Of a DNA stretch of 64,000 nt, positions 23,820 to 35,000 are shown in pieces. The stretch is taken from NCBI RefSeq assembly GCF_009914755.1, contig NC_060948.1, one strand, 5' to 3'. Position 1 is the stretch's first letter. Every line of letters begins with the position of its first letter. The notes below the pieces were generated by a model. The model was not told where the DNA came from. It did not search any database and saw only the letters and a list, made by a program, of their open reading frames with translations. The stretch comes from the human T2T-CHM13v2.0 reference genome, Homo sapiens. A program made the position numbers and the translations under genes.

Positions 23820-24015
23820 GAAAGTGCAGGTGTCTTCAATTTACTTTGAAATACACAAAGACAGTAACACAGATGCATGAATGAACAGATAAAAATGATG
23901 AAGCAAGTATAATACAAATATAATAGTGCCATCTAGGTGGTATATAAGTGTTAGCTAGAATTGTTTCAACTTTTCTATGTTTTGAAAATGCTCATGAAAA
24001 ATGTTAGAGGAAAAA
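23820..24015 (+). mobile_element. Old L1 (L1ME/MC-like) 3' end fragment
   Basis: caatttactttgaaat...atctaggtggtatataagtgtt...ttcaacttttctatgttttgaaaat. Confidence 0.55.
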
Positions 24016-24539
24016 GAAAACCAATAGTAGAGTTTAAGCTAGAAAATACTGGAGTCTTCTCCTACTCTCTAAGTGCAAAGGCATGGAGGTCTTCACTGGA
24101 CTTTGGTTAAAGCTGACTTCACATTCAATGCCAATATAGGTTAATAAGTGATTACATAACAGCACAACCAGCACACACTTCAAACCCTCCGCTTTACAGA
24201 TAAAGAACAAATGCCACTATAGGTTAATAAGTGACAACATAACAGCATAACTGGGACGAAAGTGGGGTCTACTGACTCTTTCTTCCATTAGTCCAGTGGC
24301 CCTCAAACCAGCTGTGGATCTGAATCAACCACATAGCAGAGTGCAAATCTGAACCCAGAGTACAATCTCAACCATGTATAGCACCCACCAAAGAAGTATG
24401 CATACAGGAAAAAAGTCTGGCTGAAGTATATTAAAGCACTGATGGTGTTTGGCTCTGGTGGGCATGACTTTAGACATGTTTTTACATCTACTTTTCTGTA
24501 TTTTCCAAATGCTGTCAAAATCAGAACCTTAAACCACAT

Positions 24540-24757
24540 TGGGCCATTGACACTTGAAAGGTGTCAGTCTGAACTGGGATGTGATTTAAATTTAAAAAGC
24601 AGATGAGATTTTAAAGACTTCATACAAGCTATAAATGTAAAATATCTTATTAGTATTTTTATACTGAATACCTGTTAAAACAATATTTTAGATGTATCAG
24701 ATTAAATATATTTTAAAAATTTCACTTTTTTTTTACTGTTTTCAATGTGGCTGCTAA
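24540..24757. mobile_element. MER33/MER3-like hAT-Charlie DNA transposon fragment
   Basis: gaactgggatgtg...aaagactt...aatgtaaaatatctt...aatattttagat...aatgtggctgcta resembles the recalled MER33 consensus. Confidence 0.6.
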
Positions 24758-24913
24758 TGTTGTGTAAAAGGTTAGGTATGGTCAGCAAGAAAATTCAAGT
24801 AATTTAAATCAAATTAAATTTATAATCCTTCTCCTTAAAAATTAGCTTCATTATTTTATAAGGAAAATACATAGAAAAATCTTGTTAGGGTTTACAAAGA
24901 TGCAGGCTCCTAT

Positions 24914-24940
24914 CTTTTTGGTTTTATCAAATCCTAAAAC
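24914..24940 (-). pseudogene. OFD1: OFD1P micro-exon (about exon 5)
   Basis: ttttcttttaacag|gttttaggatttgataaaaccaaaaag|atagg, VLGFDK..K vs OFD1 VSGSDKENQK; donor changed GT to AT. Confidence 0.7.
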
Positions 24941-24960
24941 CTGTTAAAAGAAAATATTTT

Positions 24961-25181
24961 GACCAGGTGCGGTGGCTCATGCCTGTAATCCCAGCAGCTG
25001 GGGGGGCTGAAGCGGGTGGATCACGAGGTCAGGAGATCTAAACCATCCTGGCTAACACGGTGAAAACCCATCTCCACTAAAAATACAAAAAATTAGCTGG
25101 GCGTAGTTGCACACGCCTGTAGTCCCAGCTACTCAGGAAGCTGAGGCAGGAGAATGCCATGAACCCGGGAGGTGGAACTTG
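24961..25181 (+). mobile_element. AluY, 3'-truncated at the junction with the satellite array
   Basis: gatcacgaggtcaggagat...ccatcctggctaacacggtgaaa (AluY diagnostics); ends at ggtggaacttg with no tail and no TSD. Confidence 0.9.
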
Positions 25182-28100
25182 GACTTTAGGAAAAGGCAGC
25201 TAGTTCTCTCAGAGGAGCTTTGATTTTTCTTTGCTTTCATTGGGGAATCCACAGGGCCCCTCAGCAGCACTACTGGACACCCTTTCCAGGCTTGCCATCG
25301 CCATTGACGGCCTCTAAGACACTGTCTCAACCTCATCTGCACCAGTGGGAGGCGAGTCCAAGGTGTGAGAACACGGCTCCACATTGGACTTGCCTTTGCC
25401 GTCGTTGTTGCCTTTCCTAGAGAGTCCCTGCGAGTCCCATGATGAAGGGAGGCAGTGAGGGCAAGAGCCGGCTGTCGTTCGCGGACATCCGCCTATGCGG
25501 TCTCAGGTATGATTCTATCACCTAAGGAACCTGCAACAACAACACACCAGACTATATTCCAGTCCTAGTGGGACCGGATTCTTGTACATAGCCTCTTTCC
25601 AGAATGGAGTCAGAAAAGCAATTTCCAGCGACCACCTCACAGTCTTGAAATGCCACTTCCCGCAGCGGGAGCCTACCGTGTAGAAGATCCAAATGGGCCC
25701 TGAGTTGGAGAATTTTAGGGTCCTGCAATGGGTTTTCGCAGTCAGCCTTTTTCCCGATAACAGGCTGCCTCTGCCTGAACCATCTTCTTCTTCAACTCTG
25801 ACAGCTCCGACAGTCGGGCTCCGGGAGCTGCCTAATGAATGCACGTGCGCTAGTCTCAGGGCACGAGGCCTGATGGTGAGTTCTGGCTAGCGTCAAAATG
25901 AATGTCAGCGTTGCGTAGTAACAAGTCCCTGCATCTTGACGGAGAAGGAGACCTCCGTGGAGGTGTGTTGGTTGTGGACTGTTGCCTGTCTTATCTGTGG
26001 GAATCCACAGGATAGTCCCATGATCGCAGGAGGGGGCAGACATGAGCCAGTCTGAAGAAATGTCAAGAACAAGCCCCAGGAATAAACCACGAAATTCCTA
26101 AGGATCTAAAAGGAACTACAGGATTCCTCAGGCCTGCCTAGACTTTGTAGGGGGGGAGATTTTTGAAACTGGCCCCACTGTGATTTCTAGATACAGCATG
26201 CCTGTTTTAATGGGGGTTGCTCTCTCCCTGGTAGGTCTTCCTGCAGAACCATGCAGCCTCAGGAGCTGCTGGCTGTATGTTTCTGTAAGAGTGTTGGGAG
26301 TGGTCATGTCTGAGTGTGTGTGTGTGTGGCATTGTGTGTGTGTGTGTGTGTGGGAAGGGCAGGGGGGAATGTGCCTGTAAATGGAGTAGGCTTAAAGGAA
26401 TGTGGCTAACACACTTCAGCACTTCTTTTTTTTGAGTCTCCCAACCTTTTGGTAGCCTGTGGTTGTGGCTCTGCTTTGGCTGCGGGGCTCTGTGTTCTTT
26501 ATTTTTCTTTGGATCATTAATCCACAGTGAAGTGGCAAGCTGATCGAGACCTGCTGGCATCCAAATCACCTCCCCCTGAGAAAAAAAAAGCCACCCTTCT
26601 AGAAAGAAGAGGAGCACACAACACCAAGAAAAACAGGCATCTCCCAGTGTTTCATTTTCCTGTGGCCAACCCTGGGAAAGACATTAACAGTCCTGTCCAC
26701 AGTGCCCCTTGAATTTACCTCGAATTCAGTTCCCAGCTGAGCAGGTGTTTCACAACATGAAGGGGCACTCCTCCATTGTCTTGGGATTTCATTCTGGGAA
26801 ACAGAGTTTGAGCAGCAATAAGGTCAGATAGGAGTGAGGATAAAATCTTGTGAGGGGTGGATGGGGTCCCACAACTTCACCTGCAAAGAAATGAAGACAG
26901 GTAACAAAGAAGGCACTTCCAACTCCATCCTTGCATTCCCTTAACTGCACAAGCAGTCCACACCATGGCCCAGTGTTCATGTGAGAGTACTCCAACATGC
27001 AAGGAATATTTGGAGTGCAAATTGGGGTCAACCTGGCAAATTTCCGATTTGAGGGCTTTCATACCCCGAGCCAAATGAGATTGGAATGGATTGATGCTGG
27101 GTTTCATGTGGCCTCCACACTTACCTCTTCTTTTCCTGACTTCCATTTTCCCAGTCAGCCTAGGGTTTCCTGTGTCTGGCTCAAGGACTTGCACACTAAA
27201 CTCTTCCCAATTCACAGAGAATGACCCTCATAGGAATCCATTGCAAAAGTGCTTCCTTCTAAACACTGTCGCATTTTAATGACTGGGCAGCTTTGATAAT
27301 TTTAATACTGTAAAGTCCCATTTCAGCTGCCAACAAGGAAAGTCTTGTTCTCCTGCTTCTTTCGGAGGGCTGGATGATTACTTTATTATGAGAAGCAGGC
27401 AGCTGTGTTTGGCTTTTTCCTGGTAATCTAGTCTCTCTTTCATTTCATCTGCACAGGTTTCTCATTGTGAAGGGGCTCTTTCATTGAGATATTGCAGGAT
27501 GGGACTGTTTCTTGCTACAGATTATGTAGCTGCCACAGATTTCAGAGAGCAAAAGAGACGTTGGGTAAGCTGGCTGTGCTCCAGGTTGGGTGTCGTTCTC
27601 TCGTTATGGGAGTTGAAGTTGTTTGCACTTTGCAGGAAGCTTTACGGTCCTCTGACAGGAATCTTTGTACATTGCTTAGACTCAAATACAAGGTGTCTTG
27701 TTCTCTCAGGCGAGCTTTGATTTTTCTTTGCCTTCATGAGGAATCCACTGTGCCCCCCAACAGCACTACTGGACATCCCCATCACAACAGGCGGCCTCTG
27801 AGACACTGTCTCAACCTCAACTGCACCTGTGAGAGGCTAATCCGAGGTGTGAGAAAACTGCTTCACCGTGGACTTGCCTTTGTCATGGTTTCTGCCTTTC
27901 CCAGATAGCCCTGCAAGTCCCAGGATGAAGGGAGAAAGTGAGGTCATGAGCCTGGCCGTCTTTCACTGACACCCACCTCTAGGATCTCAGGTATGATTCT
28001 ATCACCTAAAGAACCCTTAATGACACAACAGAGTATGTCCCAATCCCCAAGGGATTCCATTCTTGCACACAGCCTCTTTTGGGCATGGAGTCAGAAGAGC

Positions 28101-29036
28101 AGTTTCCAGCAACTACCTCACAGTCTCAAAACGCCTCCTCCTCCAGTGGGACCGGTCCACGTACACAACCTGAAGTGGCCCTGAGGTGGAGATTTCTAGG
28201 GTCCTACAGCGGGTTTTTACAGGGAGCCTTTTTCCCGACATCATGCCGGCTTGGCCTGTACCATTTTCCTCTGCTTGCCTGCCTCAGGAATGTGCATGGG
28301 CTAGTCTCAGGTCACCAGCCGTGATTGTGAGCTCTGGCTAGTGCCATAATGAATGTCACCATTGCATAGCAACTAGTCCCTGCAGCTTAACAGTGAAGGA
28401 GACCCCCATGGGGGTGCATAGGTGGTGGACTCTCACCTGTCTTCTCTGTGGGATGCAAGGGATATTCCCATGACGCTAGGAGGGGACAGAAGTGAGCCAG
28501 CCTGAAGAAATGTCAAGCACAGCCCCAGCAATAAGCAGTGAAATCTGTAAGGATCCAAAAATCTCTGCAGGATTGCTCAGGTCTGCTAGACAATGTAGGG
28601 GTGAGTCTTTTTGAACCTTCTCCCACTGTGATTTGTAGGTACAGCCCACCTGTGTTCCTTGGGGTTGCTCTCTCCTGGGTGTGGCTTCCTGCAGAACCAT
28701 GCAGCCTCAGGAGCTGCCGGGCTGGGTGTTTCTGTGGGAGTGTTGTGAGTGTCAGATGCCTGCATGTGTCTGTGTCATTGTGTGTTTGTGTGTGCATGTG
28801 TGTGTGCCTGTAAGTGGAATCGGCTTAAAGTAATGTGGATAATGCACTTCAATCTTTCTTTTTTTGAGTCTCCAAACCTTTTGGTGGCCTGCGTATGGCT
28901 CTGCTAGGGCTGAGGTGCTCAGTGTTCTTTGATTTTCTGTGGATCTTCAATCCACAGTGAATTAGGAGGAGTGCCAAGATGCACTAAATCACCTCCACCT
29001 GAAAAAAAAAGCCACCCTTCTAGAAAGAAAAGGAGC

Positions 29037-29082
<46 letters not shown>

Positions 29083-32000
29083 TTTCCCAGTGTTTCACTG
29101 TCCGGCAGCTAACCCAGGGAGAGACATTAGCTGTCCTGCCTGCAGAGCCTATTGAATTTACCTAGAATTCAGTTCCCAGCTGAGCAGTTCCTTCAAGTTC
29201 TGAGGGGGCACTCCTCAATCGTCTTGGGATTTCATCCTGGGAAATAGAGTGTGAGCAGCAATAAGGTAAGACAGAGGTGAGAATACAATCATACAACCTC
29301 TTGAGGGGAAGGTTGGGTCCTGCAACTTCACCTGCAAAACAAAAATGAAAACAGATGACATAAAAGGTGCTTCCAACTCCATCCTTGCATTCCCTTAATT
29401 ACACAAGCCGTCCACATCTTGGCTTGGTGTTCAGGTGGGAGTACTCCAACGTGCAAGCCACATTTGGAGTCCAAAATGAGGCCATCCTGTCAAATTCCCC
29501 ATTTGAGGGCTTTCATACCCAGAGCCAAATGGGAGTGGAATGTGTTGATGTTGGGTGGGATATGGCCTCCAGACTTGCCTCTTCTTTTCTTTACTTCCAT
29601 GTTCCTCATTGGCCTAGGGTTTCCTGGGTCTGGCTCAATGACTTCCGCACTAAATGTTTCCAACTTCATGGACAACATGCCTGATGGGAATCCATTGTGT
29701 GAGTGTGTTCTTCTTAACACTGTCACGTTTTAATGATTGGGCTGCTTTGACACTTTTAAAACCATAAATTCTCACTACAGCCACAAACAAGGAAACTCTT
29801 TGTTTTCTCACTTCTATCAAATGGCTGCATGGTTCCTGTAGGATGAGAGGCAGGCAGCCATGACTGGCTTTTGCCTGGTAATCTAGCCCCTGTTTTATTT
29901 CATCTACATGGCCTTCTCATTGTGGAGGGGTTCTTTCTTTGGAACTGGATGGGACTGCGTCTCATCACAGATTATTCAGCTGAAAGTGATTGCAGAGAGC
30001 AAGAGGCACTTCAGGTAGGCTGGCTGCACTCCAGTTTGTGGGTTGTTCTCTTATTGTGGTTGCTGAGGTTGTTTGCACTTAGCAGGAGGTTGTTGGGTCC
30101 TCTCACAGAAATCATTGAACATTGCTTGGACTCCAGCACAAGGCAGCTCATTCTCTTAGGCAAGCTTTGATTTCTCTTTGCTCTCATAGGAAATCCTCAG
30201 TGCCCCTCAACAGCACTACTGGACATCCCTATCACCACAGATGGCCTCTGAGACATTGTCTCAACCTCATCTGCACCTGTGAGAGGCCAGTCCGAGGGGT
30301 GAGAACACTGATCCACTTTGGACTTGCCTTTGTCCTGGTTCCTGCCTTTCCCAGAGAGCCCCTGTGAGGCCCAGGATGAAGGGAGGCAGTGAAGTCAACA
30401 GCCTGGCCATATTTCGACACTACAACTGCCTCTGGGGTCTCAAGTATGATTCTATCTCCCAAAGAACCCTCAACAACACACCACACTATATTCCAATCAC
30501 CATGGACCTGAGTCTTGCACACAGCTTCTTTCAAGAATGGAGTCAGAAAAGCAGTTATCAGCAACGACCTCACAGTCGTGAATTGCCTTGACCTCCAGCG
30601 TGACCCGACCACAGAGATGACTCGAAGGGGCCCTAAGATCAAGACTTTCAGGGTTTCCCAGTGGGTTTTCGTAGGCGGACTTTTTCCCGATATCAGGCAG
30701 GCTCTGCCGGTACCATTTTCCTCTGCATAGGCAGGCTGACATCTCTGACAGCCTAGCGTGGGCGCCTCCATCGCGAATGCGCATGCGCTAGTCTTAGGGC
30801 ACGGGGCCTGAGCTGTGAGCTGTGGTTAACATCCCAATAAATGCCTCCGTTCCCTAGCCACAAGTCCCTGTGGCTCGACTTAGAAGGACACCTTGGTGGA
30901 GGTGCGTCGGCAGTGGTCTCTTGCCTGCCTTATCTGTGGGATCCATGGGATAGTCCCATGTTCCTAAGAGAGGTCAGACGTGAGCAGCCTGAAGAAACCT
31001 CAAGCAGAGCCCAAGGAATAAATCACGAAATCCCTAAGGATCTAAAAGGATCTGCATGATGCCTCAGACCTGCCTAGATGTTGTAGGGGTGAGTCTTTTC
31101 GAAATTTGCCCTACTGTGATTTATTGGTACAGCCCTCCTGTATTCCCAAAGATGCTGTCTCCCAAGTGGGGCTGTCTGCAGAACCATGCAGCCTCAGAAG
31201 CTACTGGGCTGTGTGATTCTGTGAGAGTGTTGCAATTGTTGGGTATCTGCCTGTGTGTGGCTGTGTGTGTGTGTGTGGGTGGGTGTATCTGTGTCTCTGT
31301 CTCTGTCTGTATGCCTATAAGTGGAGTCCGCTTAAAAAAATGTGGCTAACACGCTGCAGAGCTGCTTTTTGTATTTTTTGTTTTTTTATTCCTCCAAGCT
31401 TTTGGTGGGCTGTCTCTGTGGCTCTGCTTGGGCTATATGGCTCCGTGTTTTTTATTCATTCTTCTGTGGGTCATGAACTTATAGTGAATTGGGAGTTTGA
31501 CTGAGACCAGCTGGGATCCAAATCACCTCCCCCTGCAAAAGAAGCCACTCTTCCAGAAAGAAGAGGAGCACACCACACCCATAAACAGACATCTAGTGTT
31601 TCATTGTCCTGTGGCCAACCCAAGGAGGGATACTAGCATTCCTGTCTGCAGACCCCATTGAATTTACATCACATTTGGTTATCGGTTGAGTAGGAGCTTC
31701 ACATCATGAGGGGACAGTCCTCTGTCATCTTCGTTCTGGGACAGAGAGTGTGAACAGCAATAAGGTCAGTTAGGTGTGTGGATACAATCTGGTGAGGGGT
31801 GGATGGGGTCCTGCACCTTCACCTGAAAAATGGTGAAGACAGTTGACACAGAAGTTACTTCCAACTGCATCCTTTCATTCTCTTAACTGTACAAGCAGTC
31901 CACATGATGACCCAGTGTTGAGGTGGGAGTACTTCAACGTGCATGGAACATGTGCAGTGCAAACTGGGACCATCCTGGCAAACTCCTGATTTGAGGGCTT

Positions 32001-35000
32001 TGATAACAGGAGCCAGATGAAAGCAAGATGGATAGTTGCTGGGTGGGATGTGACCCCTACACTTGCCTCTTCTTTTCCTTACTTTCATGATCCTCATCCT
32101 GGATCTGGTCAATACCGTCCACACTAAATATTTCCTAGTTCACAGAGGACGACCCTCATGAGAATCAATTGTGTGAGTGTTTCCTTCTAAACACCGTCAT
32201 GTTTTAATGACTGCACATCTGAGATATTTTAAAACTGTAAATTCCTGTTAAAGCCACCAACAAGAAAACTCTTATTCTCCCACTTCTATGTGAGGGCTGC
32301 ATGATTCCTGTAGGATGAAAAGCAGGTAGCCATGTCTGGCTTTTGCCTGGTAATTTAGACTCTGTTTCATTGTGCTTGCATGTCCTTTCTCACTGAGGAG
32401 TGGGTGTTTCATTGGGCTGTTGCTGTATGGGACTGTCTCTCACCACAGATCCTTGCTGGAGATTTCAGAGAGCAAAAGAGACTTCAGGTAGGCTGACTTC
32501 ACTCCAGGTTGTGGGTTGTGGTCTCGTCTTGGGGATTGAGGTTGTCTGCACTTTGCAGATGGATTTGGGTCCTCTGAAAGTAGTGTTTCAGCATTGCTTG
32601 GACTTCAACACAATTCAGCTGATTCTCTCACAGGAGCTTTGATTTTTTCTCATTTTCATGGAGAGTACACATTGCCCCTAAAGAGTATTACTGCACACCC
32701 TTTTCAGGCTTACGGTCACAACAAATGGCCTCTGAGACACTGTCTCAACCTCATCTGCACCCATGAGAGGCCAGTTCGTGGTGTGAGAACACTACTCCAC
32801 CATATACTTGCCTTTGTCGTGGTTCCTGCCTTTCCCAGAGAGCACCTGTGAGGCCCAGGATGAAGGCAGGCAGTGACGTCCAGGGCACAGACATGTTTTG
32901 TTGACACCTGCCTCTGCAGTCTCAGGTATGATTCTATCACCCAGAGACCCCTCAACTACTCACCAGACTATATTCCAATTGTTATGGGACCCGATTCCTG
33001 CTCACAGCCTCTTTCAGGAATGGAGTTAGAAGTGCAGTTTCCAGTGACCAGGCCACAGTCTCAAATTGGCTCCACCTCTAGTGAAACCCGACCAAGAAGA
33101 TGGCTTGAAAAAGACCTAAGGGTGAGAATTTTAGGGTCTCTCAGTGGGTTATCTCAGGCAGCCATTTTCCCAGCACCAGGCCAGCTCTGCCTGTACCATT
33201 TTTCTCTGCTTAGACAGGCTGACAGCTCTGAGAGCTGGACCCCCAAGCCTGTGACACGAATGCAAATGTGCTAGTGTCCTGTCACCAGGCCAGAGTTGTG
33301 AGCTCTGGCAAGCGTCACAATGAATGACAGTGTTGCCTAGCAACAAGTCCCTGGGGCTTGGTGGAGAAGGAGGCCACCGTAGATGTGTACTGGAAGTACA
33401 CTTTCACCTGTCTTCTCTGTGGGATCCACAGGATGTTCTGGTTATCCTAGGAGAGGGCAGACACAAGCCATCATGAAGAAAGATCAAACATAGCCCCAGG
33501 AATAATCTGCAAAATCCCTAAGGATCCAGAAGAATCTGCAGGATGCCTCAGGCCTCCCTAGACATAGTAGGGTTGAGTCTTTTTGAAACTTGCCCCCACT
33601 GTGATTTCTTGGTACAGCCCACCTGTGTTGCCTGGGGTTGTTCTCTCCCAGGTGGGGATTCCTGCAGAACCATGCAGCCTCAGGACCTGCAGGGCTGTAG
33701 TTTCTGTGGGAGTGTTGTGAGTTTGGTTGTCTCTGTGTGTGTGGCTTTGTGTGTGTGTGTATGTGTGTGTGTGCATTTAAGTGGAGTCTGTGCAAGTGAA
33801 TTAGGCTAATGCACTGCAGCACTTTTTTTTGTTTCCCATCCTTTTGGTGGCCTGTGTGTCTTTGCTTGGGCTGTAGGTCCCTGTGTTCTTTATTTTTATG
33901 TGGATCAAGAATCCACAGTGATTTGGGAGGCTGGCTCTTACCTGCCATGGTCCAAATCTCCTACACATGCAAAAAAAACAGCCACTCTACTAGAAAGAAG
34001 AGGAGCACACCTCACCCAATAATGTACATCTTTGACTGTTTGACCTGTGGCCAACCCAGGGAGAGACACCAGCAGTTCTGTTGGCAGGGCCCCTTGAATT
34101 TACCTGTAATTCAGTTCACAATAGAGCAAGTGTTTCCCATTGTGAGGGAGCACTCCTCAATTATCTTGGGAATTCATCGTGGGACATTCAGTGTGAGCAG
34201 CAATAAGGTCAAATAGGAGTGAGGATACAATCTGGTGAAGTTTCAGTGCGGACCCACACCTTCACCTGCAAAAAAGCTGAAGACTGATGGTGCAGAAGTT
34301 ACTTCCAACAGCATCCCCACATTTTCTTAATTGCACAAGCCATCCACATCATGGCCTGGAGTTCAGGTGGGAGTACTTCTCCATGCAGGGAACGTTTGGA
34401 CTGCATACTCAACAATGCTGGCAAACTCCCAATTTCAGGGCTGTCATACCCAGAACTAAATGGATGTGGTATGGATTGATGCTGGGTGGGATGTGGCCTT
34501 CACACTTGACTCCTCTTCTCCTGACTTTCATTTTCCCTGTTGGCCTAGGGTTTCTTGGATCTGCCTAAATGTCTACCACAGTAAATTTCCCAGTTCATGG
34601 AGGATGACCCTCATTTGAATCCACTGTGTGAGTGTTTCCTTCTAAACACTGTCAAGTTTTAATGACTGGGCAGCTTTGATACTTTTAAAGCTGTAAATAT
34701 CAGTTACAGCTGCCAACAAGGAAACTCTTATTCTCCCACTTCTTTCAGAGGGCTGCAAGATTCCTGTATGATGAAAAGCAGGCAGCCGTGTCTGGCATTG
34801 CCTGGTAATCTAGCCTCTGTTTCAATTCATCTGCAAGTCCTTTCTCATTGTGGAGGGGCTCTTTCATTGGGTTGTTGCTGCATTGCATTGCCTCTCGCCC
34901 CAGATCTCTTGGCTGCCAGGGATTTCAGGGAGCAAAAGGGACTTGGGGTAGGCTGGCTGCACTCCAGGTTGTGGGCCATTGTCTCATTGTGGGGGCTGAG

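Larger units (their letters stand above)
16896..24940 (-). pseudogene. OFD1: OFD1 unprocessed (intron-containing) pseudogene fragment
   Basis: Six exons collinear with the recalled OFD1 protein and separated by introns; contains an in-frame stop, frameshifts and mutated splice sites. Exon numbering is from memory. Confidence 0.92.
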
